NCBI GenBank assembly: GCA_032128875.1
Contig: JAVLKG010000001.1
Location: 1,049,453-1,113,452, forward strand
Origin: Candidatus Melainabacteria bacterium 17Bon1m
GTDB taxonomy: Bacteria; Cyanobacteriota; Vampirovibrionia; Obscuribacterales; Obscuribacteraceae
Length of the DNA stretch: 64,000 bases
Direction: 5' to 3'
The notes beneath the pieces are model-generated. The model was not told the DNA's origin. It was given only the letters and a program-made list of their open reading frames with translations, and ran no database searches. Positions 8,172 through 19,756 of this stretch are shown here, piece by piece. Numbering within the stretch: the stretch's first letter is position 1; each line of letters starts with the position of its first letter. A program made the position numbers and the translations under genes.

Positions 8172-8308
8172 CAACCAAAAAAAGAAATTTTGTTTTTTGC
8201 GCGATTTTAGATCTTTGGTTCCGAGAGACAGCCCTGGTCCAATTTTCTCCAATTGGGTAGAATTGGCTCAGCTGTATCCGGAGTTCTTTGAATTGAAGAT
8301 TGTTGCGT

Positions 8309-9988
<1,680 letters not shown>

Positions 9989-10218
9989 CTATATAGTTGC
10001 AGAATATCTCGCCGGATCTTTACCGGGGACCTCTCGTCCAACCCTCTCCATAAATATAATGGATCTCCAGCCCGTCTGGCCGCCAATCTTTGAGGTTTTC
10101 TCTAAGTCTATACGGATCCAGTCTCGAGTCCACCCTTTATCTATGCTTGACGTACACGATTGGATCCTCAAGAGGATGGTCTGAAACGCCCAGCCCATCT
10201 TGTCATCCGGGCGTGAGC

Positions 10219-10503
10219 CTAATCGCCAATCTTGGGAACCTTGAAAAAGACCCCTTCTCGATCCGGAGCATTCTTTAGTAGAGATTCATGTCCAGGTGGC
10301 GTTACAACTTCGTCTTCTCTCAGCGCATTAGGCATAGGAATGGCATGAGACATGGGTTCTATGCCATCGGTCTGCACATCCTTTAGTTCATCAAACGCGT
10401 CGATTATCTTGGATAGCTGCTCGGCAAAGAGTTCTTTTTCTTCCGGCGTAAGCTCAAGCCGCGCCAGCTTTGCCACATGTTCAACATCCTTGATGGTAAT
10501 CAT
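10219..10503 (-). CDS. gatC: Asp/Glu-tRNA amidotransferase subunit C
   Basis: MITIKDVEHVAKLARLEL...LREDEV...NAP...FFKVPKI; start placed at ATG 10503. Confidence 0.92.
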   Translation of the reverse strand: MITIKDVEHVAKLARLELTPEEKELFAEQLSKIIDAFDELKDVQTDGIEPMSHAIPMPNALREDEVVTPPGHESLLKNAPDREGVFFKVPKIGD

Positions 10504-10913
10504 TTCAAAAACCTTCCCTGTTGTGGCTGGGAGCATATATTCTGCCTCACCTGCCAAACGCAATAACCGCAGCCAAATTACCACAGATCCCCGTACTCTT
10601 GACGGCTGCGCGAAGTAATCGAAACGTGGAGCTCACCCTCCAATTTCTAGCGAAATCGCAAGAACTTTCAGGTGCACCTGTAGCCGCAAAAATTCAAAAA
10701 GGACGCTATGGTCCATGGCGCTTACCTTTCGCTGATCTTTCTTCGGATGAGAGTCAAGTAACAAATTTTGGAGCGGAGTGCAGTTGAATTTTGCGCAAAA
10801 AATCACGCTACTTGGCAGTTGCCAGGGTGAAAGCGCCAATTAGCGCACCGCAATACAAGCAGCAGCTCTAGATTTCTGCTAAATTCAGTGAATCTATATA
10901 GATCGAGATCAAG

Positions 10914-12086
10914 ATGGGAATTCTGGGCGAAACAGGGCTCATATTAGCTGGATTAGTAATTATTGTTCTTGCAGCTGAGCTCTTTACAAATGGGATCGAA
11001 TGGTTGGGGCAGCGGCTCCAATTAAGCGAAGGTGTCGTGGGCAGCGTTCTGGCTGCAGTTGGTACCGCGTTGCCGGAGACGTTGATTCCATTCGTTGCAG
11101 TGATATTTTTCGGTGCAAAAAATGGTGAGTCTGTAGGTATCGGGGCAATTGCCGGCGCCCCGTTCATGCTCAGTACTCTGACTCTAGGTCTTTGTGGCTT
11201 GACGGTTTTACTGTGCTCTAAGGCTGGCAGTTCCAATCGTCCTAAAGAACTGCAGCTCAATCAGGTGGTAATCGCTCGCGATTTGCGCTTTTTCACTGCT
11301 GCCTACGCCATTGCTATGCTCGCAGTTTTGGCGTCTCCGTATGTTTATGTTCGCTACGTGATTGCGGTTGTTCTTTTCCTTATTTATCCGGTTTATCTCT
11401 GGCAGTGTTTTCAGCATGAAGGAGAAGTCGGAGAGCAGCCAGAACACTTGTTTTTGGACCGCCTATTTAAGTGCGGTTCGGACAAATTGCGTTTGATTAT
11501 TCCGCAGATCGTCATGGGGCTTGGCGGTATTATCGGCGGTGCGTTCATTTTCGTAGACCATGTCGACGATTTGGCTCGCTATCTGGGATTACCCGTTGTG
11601 GTCCTCTCTTTGATCATTACCCCGATAGCAACGGAGCTTCCGGAAAAGATCAATAGCGTTCTTTGGGCTCGCCAGGGAAAAGACACACTGGCTTTGGGAA
11701 ACATCACGGGCGCTCTCGTGTTTCAGAGCTGCATTCCGGTAGCATTCGGCGTGGGTTGCACCCGTTGGAATCTCGACAGCGGAACGATTTTGACTGGCAT
11801 TGTCGCAGTCATATCAGGAACGATTTACATGCTTTTGCTCAAAGCAAACAAGCTGACTGCAACACATTTGACCTGCGGTATGCTCGCTTATGCCGTATCT
11901 ATAGGTTCTTTCGTCTTAATAGACTATCTCGATGGCGGACTGGAGTACTTGAAGCCAGGTGAGGAGGCTCCTCCCATGCATCATGGCTCGTTCGAGCCCA
12001 CTGAATCTAAGTACGCACAACCGATTGCTTATGCCGGAGCATCGGCAAATTACACCTTTCCTCTTATTGAACCGAGTCGAGCTTAA
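10914..12086 (+). CDS. Sodium:calcium antiporter family (CaCA) protein
   Basis: Alpha-repeat motifs AVGTALPET and PIATELPEK..GNITG; multiple TM helices. Confidence 0.88.
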   Translation: MGILGETGLILAGLVIIVLAAELFTNGIEWLGQRLQLSEGVVGSVLAAVGTALPETLIPFVAVIFFGAKNGESVGIGAIAGAPFMLSTLTLGLCGLTVLLCSKAGSSNRPKELQLNQVVIARDLRFFTAAYAIAMLAVLASPYVYVRYVIAVVLFLIYPVYLWQCFQHEGEVGEQPEHLFLDRLFKCGSDKLRLIIPQIVMGLGGIIGGAFIFVDHVDDLARYLGLPVVVLSLIITPIATELPEKINSVLWARQGKDTLALGNITGALVFQSCIPVAFGVGCTRWNLDSGTILTGIVAVISGTIYMLLLKANKLTATHLTCGMLAYAVSIGSFVLIDYLDGGLEYLKPGEEAPPMHHGSFEPTESKYAQPIAYAGASANYTFPLIEPSRA

Positions 12087-13168
12087 GCTTCGTACGGTTC
12101 TATTTTTGAAGCTTCTTTAGGTTCCAAAACAGGAGCTATCGCTGAGTCGTAAATATTCTCTTCCGGTGCTCCCACAGGCTTGTGTGGCGCCGACTCCAGT
12201 GGCGGGTAGAGATTGTCCACGACGAGCTTGATGCAGGCTGCTACCGGAATAGCGATAAGCATGCCGAGCGCGCCTGCTGTAACTTCACCGCACAGGACTG
12301 CAAAGATAACAACGAGTGGATGCAGCTCTACAGCGTGCCCGATGATGCGCGGAATGATGACGTAGTCTTCCGTCCAGCGAGCCAACGTGTAGCAAACGAT
12401 GATACCCAGCGCAACGTCCATACCGTGTTGCGCGACACCGACTATGGTGGCTGTGCTAGTGGCGATGATAGGGCCCAAGACTGGAATGATTTCAAGAAAA
12501 CCGCTGGCAATTGCAATAACTAGCGCGTATTTCAGTTTGAATATGAAGTGCAAGAAAACCCACGTAACAGTGGACATGATAGTGATGAGCAGCAATTGCC
12601 CACGCACGTACTTGCTCAACATTACGTTCGATTGCTGGGTGATGTTAGTCACCATCTGCCGTTGCTCTTCAGGAATGAAGCGCAGGAAAAATTGACCGAC
12701 CCTGTGGCTGTCCGTAATGAAATAAACGGAGGAGACAACGCAAACCAAGACACCCAGAGCGCCTTTGGAGAACAATTCCACACCATGCATGAATTCTTCC
12801 GGTCTGAAGATATGGTCTAGGTTGTTAGCCAATTTGTCCGCTGTGTCGGGCGGCAATTGCCATCCAAAGGATTGAGAAGCGGAGGCGACAACATTGTTCG
12901 CCACCTCTTGTCTCTGGCTCCAGAGGTTTGTCACCTGGTCAACGAGCATCGGACCAAAGAACCAGCAGAGCGCAAAGATAACTCCACCGATTCCCACGTA
13001 GATGGCGAGCACCGCCGCTGCCAAAGGTACATTTGCTTCTTTGTGCACGTAGCGCACGAGAGGCAATACCAGGTAAGCGAAGATGCCGCCAATTACAAAG
13101 GGCGGGAAGATTTCCCTAATGTGATAGAGAAACCAAATGAGCAAACATAGTGCGACCCACTTGAACAT
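12083..13168 (-). CDS. AI-2E family transporter (UPF0118)
   Basis: YVRGQL, LEIIPVLGP, PRIIGHAVELHP, GALGMLIAIP. Confidence 0.9.
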   Translation of the reverse strand: MFKWVALCLLIWFLYHIREIFPPFVIGGIFAYLVLPLVRYVHKEANVPLAAAVLAIYVGIGGVIFALCWFFGPMLVDQVTNLWSQRQEVANNVVASASQSFGWQLPPDTADKLANNLDHIFRPEEFMHGVELFSKGALGVLVCVVSSVYFITDSHRVGQFFLRFIPEEQRQMVTNITQQSNVMLSKYVRGQLLLITIMSTVTWVFLHFIFKLKYALVIAIASGFLEIIPVLGPIIATSTATIVGVAQHGMDVALGIIVCYTLARWTEDYVIIPRIIGHAVELHPLVVIFAVLCGEVTAGALGMLIAIPVAACIKLVVDNLYPPLESAPHKPVGAPEENIYDSAIAPVLEPKEASKIEPYEA

Positions 13169-13191
13169 AGATGCTTATCGCTTGCGCCTTT

Positions 13192-14439
13192 CTAGCGAGC
13201 GGCTACTGGTTGTTGTTCCAACTTCGAGAAATCATGGACGCCTGCGCGAACCAATTTGCGCAGCAACCACGAAGCGCGGAAGCGCTCTCCGAGGTCTTTA
13301 TGGTAGCTGTCCATTTCGTTCAAACACCAGTCGAGACCTTTCTCTTCAGCGATGGTGAGAAGACCGCGAGTGAGTCCACAACCGAATTCCATTGCGACAT
13401 CGACATCAGAAGGTTCGATGACATGCTCTTGCAATGCATAGACAGCTTCGTTGAACATCGGCAGCAACACGCGGTAGGCTTCGAATTTCTTCGATGCTTT
13501 GGCTTCGGTATTTGCGTCTTTCTTCGCAGCTTCGATCAGTTTTGCCAGTTCTGGATTAACAGTCTTGGGCTCACCCTTCTTGGGAATGGAGCCTTTTTCA
13601 TGCACGAAGAAACCGGCGCCCGATTTTTGACCGAGGAAGCCACTTTTGATCATGTGCTTGAGAAGAGGCGATGGTGTAAAACGAGGACCGTATTCTTTAT
13701 ATAGGAATTCATTGACATGCGCGCAGATGTCGATGCCGGTCATATCGAAAAGTGTGAAAGGTCCCATCGGCAATCCGAAGGCTTCCACTGCTTCGTCGAT
13801 TTCTTGCGGTGTGCCTGCGCCTTCGGTTAATGCCCAGAGCGCTTCATTCATGTAAGGGAAGAGCAATCTGTTGACGAGGAAGCCGGGGCATTCTTTCACT
13901 TCGACCGGAACCTTGCCCATGTCGCGGCAAAGCTCGATTGCAGTTTTAACCGTATCTTTGGATGTTTTGACGCCTGGAATCACTTCGACCAGTTTCATGA
14001 ACTGAGCTGGGTTGAAGAAGTGCATTCCGACAACTTTGTCTGCTCGACGTGTGGCTGATGCGATTTCGGAAATCGAGAGAGCCGAGGTGTTGGAGGCGAG
14101 GATGGCACGAGACGGGCAAATTTCATCGATTTCTTTGAAGATGGCGAGCTTGACTTGAATTTCTTCAAGCGCTGCTTCGATGACGATATCGACGTTGTTG
14201 AAACCTTCGTAGTCAGTCGAACCCTTGATTAGTCCGAAGAGCTCGTTCGCTTCTTCCTGGGTGAGAGTTCCTTTCTTGACCCGCGAGTCGTACATTCTCT
14301 TGATGTTGGCAAGACCTTTGTCTACAAATTCTTGCTTGACGTCTTTGAGGATGACGTGAATTCCGGATTGGCTCAAGACCTGGGCGATGCCGGAGCCCAT
14401 TGCTCCAGCGCCTATGACTGCTGCTCTTTGGACCTTCAT
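13192..14439 (-). CDS. 3-hydroxyacyl-CoA dehydrogenase with duplicated C-terminal domain
   Basis: GAGAMGSGIA, ASNTSALSI, GMHFFNPA, PGFLVNR; start placed at ATG 14439 after SD gagagg. Confidence 0.92.
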   Translation of the reverse strand: MKVQRAAVIGAGAMGSGIAQVLSQSGIHVILKDVKQEFVDKGLANIKRMYDSRVKKGTLTQEEANELFGLIKGSTDYEGFNNVDIVIEAALEEIQVKLAIFKEIDEICPSRAILASNTSALSISEIASATRRADKVVGMHFFNPAQFMKLVEVIPGVKTSKDTVKTAIELCRDMGKVPVEVKECPGFLVNRLLFPYMNEALWALTEGAGTPQEIDEAVEAFGLPMGPFTLFDMTGIDICAHVNEFLYKEYGPRFTPSPLLKHMIKSGFLGQKSGAGFFVHEKGSIPKKGEPKTVNPELAKLIEAAKKDANTEAKASKKFEAYRVLLPMFNEAVYALQEHVIEPSDVDVAMEFGCGLTRGLLTIAEEKGLDWCLNEMDSYHKDLGERFRASWLLRKLVRAGVHDFSKLEQQPVAAR

Positions 14440-14479
14440 TTCAATGGACCTCTCAGTATCATTAATGCCGCGGACTTGC

Positions 14480-14589
14480 CGCGATTTTGCCACGTATAGG
14501 ACGCGATTCTGCCGCGCTTTTTTCCGCGATTCAGCTACGTTTCTTGGCTTTCAACTAAGTCGCTATGCTAGCATTTCCGAGATTCAGCT
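14480..14589. promoter_or_regulatory. Four direct repeats CG(C/A)GATT(T/C)(T/A)GC(C/T) in a divergent promoter region
   Basis: Copies at 14480, 14502, 14525 and 14578. Confidence 0.45.
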
Positions 14590-14738
14590 CAGGCCAAATC
14601 AAACAATTGTTTGTATTCTCTGAATCGTCGAGTTCCGTCTCTCGGAAACCAATCTGTTCTCTCTGCCAGGGCGTTCTGCGCTCGGGTCTCGGCATCCCGT
14701 CCAATGTCTCCGTTTCATATTGATTTTGCAGGTTCAAC

Positions 14739-16157
14739 ATGTCCTTAATGACAACTATGATGAGGCGCGCACCGGCTAACGTCGATGCGGTGGATAGCAC
14801 ACCCAAGCACCTTGGCTGGGTCATGCTCACGGCTCTGGGCATCGGCGCCACGATCGGCGCCGGAATCTTCGCGATGCCCGGGATGATCGCGAGAAAAGCG
14901 GGTCCGGCCGGGATTTTGTCTTTCTTGCTGACAGGTGTCATCATCATGGCGGTTGCGGTCTGCTATGAAAAATTCTCACGCGCCGTGCCTAAGGGTGTCT
15001 CCGCATACAGCTACGTCTACCACTCCATCGGTGAACTTTTTGCCTGGGTTGTGGCGTTCGGTCTTTTCATGGAATACAGCTTCGGCTCTTCTGCTGTCGC
15101 TATTGCTTGGGGCGAATATTTAAAACGCGCGACGGGATTCTCGTTGCCGCAAGTTTTGTCCGGACCGAGCGTGGATGCGGCAGGTGTGCATCACTTTGGT
15201 GTAAACGTCGTGGCCATGGCTGTAATCGCAGTGGTGACGGTAATCCTGATTTTTGGCGGCGTCAGTAAATCTGCAAAACTCAATTTCTTCCTCGTTATTC
15301 TTAAAATGGTTTTGCTGGTGATGTTCCTCATCGCCGGCATCAAACACATCAATCCCGCCAACTGGGCTGATTTCATGCCCAAAGGCTTCAACGGCGTTTT
15401 GCAAGGTGCGGCTCTTGCTGTTTTCCCTTATGTCGGCTTCGACGCTCTCTACACATTCGCGCGCGAATCGAAGAGCATGAGAGACACACGACTGGCGACC
15501 TGCTGGTGCGTAGGTCTTGTCGTTTTCCTCTATGTCGCAGTCATGGCAGTGGCTACAGGTCTTGCCCCTTGCTTCATCAACGGACAGGAAAATGCGCTCT
15601 TCGTCGGCTCCGAAGCCGCAGCTCCCCTGGCTAACTTGCTTGCGGCCGCCGGAGAAACTTGGACCGGTCAGTTTATCGCAATTGGTGCTGTACTCGGCAT
15701 CTTCAATGTATTGCTCGTGCTCTGCATGGGTGGACCGAGAATCTTCAGAAACATGGCTGAAGACGGCTTGCTCCCTCCCATTTTCGCGAAGACCAACAAA
15801 GGAAATCCGACGCTCGGCATTTTGATCAACGGTATCTTGGTCGCCATTACTGCGGGCTTCGTACCGTTCGGTGACATTGCTGACATGATGGTTTTGGGCA
15901 CGCTGGTGGCATTCGTTTTCGTCTGCATCGGCGCTCTTAGGCTCAAGCTCGTCAATCCAGCCTTGGCGTTGTTCGGTGCTATTGGTTGTGCGATCTTGGC
16001 ATCAAAACTCAGCTCGCTCGTGTTGATTGTTTATTCCATCACCTGTCCGGTTGGTCTAATCATCTACTTCTGCTACGGCATCAAGAACAGTAATTTGGCA
16101 AAAGGCAAAACCATTGCCGAGCCGCCAGTTGCAGCAGCAGTGGAGCAAGCGTCATGA
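14739..16157 (+). CDS. APC family amino acid permease
   Basis: LGIGATIGAGIF, AGPAG, SAYSYVY, F.YVGFD, about 12 TM helices. Confidence 0.92.
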   Translation: MSLMTTMMRRAPANVDAVDSTPKHLGWVMLTALGIGATIGAGIFAMPGMIARKAGPAGILSFLLTGVIIMAVAVCYEKFSRAVPKGVSAYSYVYHSIGELFAWVVAFGLFMEYSFGSSAVAIAWGEYLKRATGFSLPQVLSGPSVDAAGVHHFGVNVVAMAVIAVVTVILIFGGVSKSAKLNFFLVILKMVLLVMFLIAGIKHINPANWADFMPKGFNGVLQGAALAVFPYVGFDALYTFARESKSMRDTRLATCWCVGLVVFLYVAVMAVATGLAPCFINGQENALFVGSEAAAPLANLLAAAGETWTGQFIAIGAVLGIFNVLLVLCMGGPRIFRNMAEDGLLPPIFAKTNKGNPTLGILINGILVAITAGFVPFGDIADMMVLGTLVAFVFVCIGALRLKLVNPALALFGAIGCAILASKLSSLVLIVYSITCPVGLIIYFCYGIKNSNLAKGKTIAEPPVAAAVEQAS

Positions 16158-17140
16158 AAGCAGCGGTAGTCCCAGAGAAAGGCAGCAAGTGGGAAATCAA
16201 GGAAGTTGATGATCCAAAACCAGGCGTCAATCAAGTCTTGATTCGCATTCATGCCAGTGGTCTTTGCTACACGGATGTGCACCAGACCAAAGGCGAGATT
16301 CCGATGAATTATCCCGGCATTCTCGGGCACGAGCCGGTCGGCGAAATTGTCGCGGTCGGCGAAGGCGTGACCAAGAGAAAAGTCGGCGATCGCGTCGGCG
16401 TGCCGTGGGTTCAACACGAATGCGGACGTTGTGAGTGGTGCATGCGCGAGAAAAATGCGTTTTGTCCCAATCGCATCGGCACCAGTTTACAGATGAGCGG
16501 CGGGCACGCCGAGCTGATGGTAGCCTACGCTGAAGGCACCATGCTCATTCCCGAAGGATTGTCATACGAGCAAGCCGCTCCCATTTTCTGCGCGGGTTAT
16601 ACGGTTTATTCCGGCTTGAGAATCGCAGAACCAAAACCACACGAAAAGGTCGCAGTGGTCGGCATCGGTGGCCTTGGTCACTTGGCTGTGCAATATTCGC
16701 GCGCCTGTGGCTTCGACACTATTGCATTGACTCACTCAGGCGACAAGAAAAAACTGGCTTTGGATCTTGGCGCAGATCATGTTGTGGCAAACGGCGAAGA
16801 GCTGGCTAAACTCGGCGGAGCCGATGTGATTTTGGCCACCAGCAACTCTTGCCAGCAAACTTTGGATGCATTCAAAGGTTTGCGAAATGATGGTCGCCTT
16901 ATAATCATGGGGTTTTTCAATGAACCTTTGACTTTTTCCGCGGCAGATTTGCTTTTCAAGCGTGCACGTATTATTGGTTCAATTCAAAACGGAACCGAAA
17001 TGCTGTACGAAGCGCTCGATTTTGCAGCGCGCGGCAAAGTCAAAGTGATTGCAGAAACTTTCGAATTGAAAGACATCAACAAAGCCTACGAGAAAGTTGC
17101 TGCCGGCGATGTACGTTTCCGCGCTGTAGTTGCTAGTTAG
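16154..17140 (+). CDS. Zinc-dependent alcohol dehydrogenase
   Basis: GLCYTD, GHEPVG, CGRCEWC, GIGGLGH; ATGA overlap with the permease stop. Confidence 0.93.
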   Translation: MKAAVVPEKGSKWEIKEVDDPKPGVNQVLIRIHASGLCYTDVHQTKGEIPMNYPGILGHEPVGEIVAVGEGVTKRKVGDRVGVPWVQHECGRCEWCMREKNAFCPNRIGTSLQMSGGHAELMVAYAEGTMLIPEGLSYEQAAPIFCAGYTVYSGLRIAEPKPHEKVAVVGIGGLGHLAVQYSRACGFDTIALTHSGDKKKLALDLGADHVVANGEELAKLGGADVILATSNSCQQTLDAFKGLRNDGRLIIMGFFNEPLTFSAADLLFKRARIIGSIQNGTEMLYEALDFAARGKVKVIAETFELKDINKAYEKVAAGDVRFRAVVAS

Positions 17141-17158
17141 CGTTCATTCGCCTTATAA

Positions 17159-17211
17159 GTAGGGGAGCCGCATGCGGCTCCCTGACAGGGAAGCGCATGC
17201 GCTTCCCGTAC
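17159..17211. repeat. REP doublet (REPIN-like)
   Basis: gtag gggagccgc at gcggctccc tgaca gggaagcgc at gcgcttccc gtac. Confidence 0.75.
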
Positions 17212-17223
17212 ATGGGGTAATTC

Positions 17224-17592
17224 ATGCAAATTAAAAGAACCATTCCTATCTTTCGAATTTTTGACGAAGCGAAAGCAAGAGAGTTCTACGTCGACTATTT
17301 GGGGTTCAACGTCGACTGGGAAGACAAGCCGGAGGACAGCCCAATCTACGTGCAGATTTCGCGCGGTGGTCTGATTTTGCATTTGTCGGAACACTACGGA
17401 GACTGTTGTCCGGGGTCGCGCATCTTCGTTGCAATGGATCGAAAAGAACTTGAGCAATATCACGCCGAGCTTTCCAGCAAGGACTACAAGTTTATGAAAC
17501 CCGGCTTGGAATCAATGCCTTGGTCAGAGTTGACTTTCGATGTTTGGGATCCATTCGGCAATCGCATCAGCTTCAATGCGATGAAAGACTAA
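17224..17592 (+). CDS. Glyoxalase/VOC superfamily protein
   Basis: IPIFRIFDEAKAREFYVDYLGF..LHLSEHYGD..DPFGNRISF. Confidence 0.88.
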   Translation: MQIKRTIPIFRIFDEAKAREFYVDYLGFNVDWEDKPEDSPIYVQISRGGLILHLSEHYGDCCPGSRIFVAMDRKELEQYHAELSSKDYKFMKPGLESMPWSELTFDVWDPFGNRISFNAMKD

Positions 17593-17737
17593 GTTTAAAC
17601 GACGCTTGGCCGATCTAAGTCCAGCGTTCGTATCCGTGCTGCGAAATATATTTTTCTTCGGACGGTGTGGCAGTTCTTCACCACTGACGTTTTTCGCATA
17701 TCGCTTCGCGATCGGACCGAGAGACGCTTCGATGTGA

Positions 17738-19243
17738 TCACTCAACATTCGAGCTTCCCTTTTCTTTCGAAGCGCTCTTGTCTTTAGTGATGTCTTCGTC
17801 CTTCAAAACGCTTTTGCCTTGAGGAATTTCGGATGCAGAGCTTGCTTTTTTCTCAGCACTTTCGGTCGATTCGATCAGATTGGCCAGTTCTTTTGAATCC
17901 GGCAATGCTGGAATTGCGAAGTCTGGAACTTGCTCCAAATAAATGTCTCGTTCTGTCAAATTGCACAAGTTCATTGGCACGATGATTGGCTTCTTCTGCG
18001 CCAATCGTGCTCTTATTGCTTCTACTGTTTTTAGTTCGTTCAGCAGATTTAAGTCACGAAATGCATGCGCTCGTTCTCTTTGAACTTTTGCCATTTCTGT
18101 TTTTCCTTGCGCTTGCAAGAAATCTGCGAACTCCAAAGTGTAGACTGCCAGTGCGATATAAGAAGGATTGTTAGCGCCGGCCATAGAATCAATTGTGTTT
18201 CGGTAATACAACTCGGCTTCTTCCGGGCGATTTTGCTTTGCACGTATTCGCCCCATTAAGGCATCGCATCGCGGCTGGCATTCCAGCTCGTCCTTGTACC
18301 GAAGTGCCAATTCGCGTGCCTTTTCGACGTATTGCTCTGCTTCCTCTAGATTATCTCTTTCGGTTTCGATCGAGGCTTTGATAAAGTCCAGCCTCCAGCC
18401 GATATATTGCTTCACGCGCGGAGTAGCTTTCTTGATTGCCTCCTGCAGCGCTTTGTCTGCTTCGTCAATCTGCCCCATTCTGACCAGGCAAAGGGCGAGG
18501 TTGTTCAACAAAATTGCCTCGGCGCGCCTGTCGGCTGGTCGTTTTAGCAGATCGCGGAAAACCTCTGCGGCTTCCTCGAATTTCCATTGCGATAGAAGAG
18601 CTACAGCCAGATTGTTTGCGACGCCCCAGTTCTTCGGCGATTTTTTCCGGGCTTTTGAGTGGGGCTCGATCAAACCCCAACTGTAAAGCGTCACCGCTTG
18701 AAACTCTACAAAGCGCCCTTCCAGCATCAGTAGGCGCACGAAAGCATCGGTGGCTGCAATGTGCGAATTGTGCGTGTACGGATACCACATGGTCGTCCAG
18801 TACAAAGTGTTTGGCAACATGCGCACAACGCGAGTGTAGTGGCGGTTTTTCATCGCAGTGGTGATTTGATGCGCCATTATTGTTCCGGTCAGCCAGGCGA
18901 AAAACAGCAGACCAAAGAAGATTTGGAAGAACGAATAACCAAAGAATGCCGACAGTATTGCCGGCGGTAGCGTCAGACCAATGATCCACAGGATCTTGGC
19001 TGTGTACATAGAGGGCCAGTCTTTTGCGCCCCTGTCGATCAATTGTTGGGTTAGCTCATCGTCAATGAGGTTTGGTGCCTGCATCTCTGCTTTCAGATCC
19101 CAAAAAGCAGAGAGGTCTGACCCTGGCGATCCTTCGCGTGCCATGACTTCAGCGCCGGTGGACGCCGGAACCTGAGCCGATTGCGATGCCGCTGGAGACT
19201 CCGGGCTAGCAGAATTGTCGCTGGAAACCTTTTCGTCCGTCAT
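17738..19243 (-). CDS. Membrane-anchored TPR-repeat protein
   Basis: Two N-terminal TM helices followed by TPR-like NNLAVALL and NNLALCL repeats. Confidence 0.75.
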   Translation of the reverse strand: MTDEKVSSDNSASPESPAASQSAQVPASTGAEVMAREGSPGSDLSAFWDLKAEMQAPNLIDDELTQQLIDRGAKDWPSMYTAKILWIIGLTLPPAILSAFFGYSFFQIFFGLLFFAWLTGTIMAHQITTAMKNRHYTRVVRMLPNTLYWTTMWYPYTHNSHIAATDAFVRLLMLEGRFVEFQAVTLYSWGLIEPHSKARKKSPKNWGVANNLAVALLSQWKFEEAAEVFRDLLKRPADRRAEAILLNNLALCLVRMGQIDEADKALQEAIKKATPRVKQYIGWRLDFIKASIETERDNLEEAEQYVEKARELALRYKDELECQPRCDALMGRIRAKQNRPEEAELYYRNTIDSMAGANNPSYIALAVYTLEFADFLQAQGKTEMAKVQRERAHAFRDLNLLNELKTVEAIRARLAQKKPIIVPMNLCNLTERDIYLEQVPDFAIPALPDSKELANLIESTESAEKKASSASEIPQGKSVLKDEDITKDKSASKEKGSSNVE

Positions 19244-19285
19244 CTGGTTTTGAGTCCCTTCAGACCATGCAGGCCGAAAGCTTGC

Positions 19286-19756
19286 TTACCAGCTCTTTTG
19301 GAAGCTTGAAAGAACCAAATTTACCCAGGCGTCGTTGGAGTCGTGCATGGCGTAAAGGATGATTTCAGGCGTGATTTCTTTCTTCTTCTTCTCGTCCTGC
19401 AATTCTTTTGCCTTCTCCATAATCTTTATGGCAGAAGCATTTGAGCGGACGAGGTTGGAGAAGTAGGTGCGCTGTTTGCCCATGCGCAGGCCGATGTCTT
19501 TGCGAATGGCTCCGACGGTGAGGTCTTTGCGTTCTAAGATCATGCTCGCCAGCTTGCCGTCGAACGCCACAAGTGCCAGCAAAAGCCCGGCGTCTGTGAG
19601 CATACCGTGGTTGCAGTCGTTAATGGCGAAGGTCACCAGGTTGGCTGCTTCTTCGCTCAAGGCGTTAAGGATTTCAGGAGGAACCTCCAGGCTGTCGATT
19701 TCGACCTCGCCCAGCGGAGGCGCGTCTATTTCATTCCCTTCGTCGTCATAGTGCAT
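19286..19756 (-). CDS. Stand-alone Clp N-terminal (repeat) domain-like protein
   Basis: LSEEAANLV.FA...LLLALV...ASMILE...and KIMEKAKE...ITPEIILYAM resemble two ClpN repeats. Confidence 0.6.
   Translation of the reverse strand: MHYDDEGNEIDAPPLGEVEIDSLEVPPEILNALSEEAANLVTFAINDCNHGMLTDAGLLLALVAFDGKLASMILERKDLTVGAIRKDIGLRMGKQRTYFSNLVRSNASAIKIMEKAKELQDEKKKKEITPEIILYAMHDSNDAWVNLVLSSFQKSW

Noticed and set aside
9989-10198. 69-aa ORF or leader peptide between gatC and pyrG
   Set aside because: No SD and no recognisable motif. Its stop abuts the pyrG SD, which may be chance. No attenuator hairpin with U-tract seen.
10510-10910. Metal or sodium riboswitch upstream of the Na/Ca antiporter
   Set aside because: Could not match yybP-ykoY or other riboswitch consensus by eye; needs an Rfam search
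17524-17748. 74-aa ORF overlapping the TPR gene stop
   Set aside because: Overlaps the convergent glyoxalase gene by 69 bp; no motif
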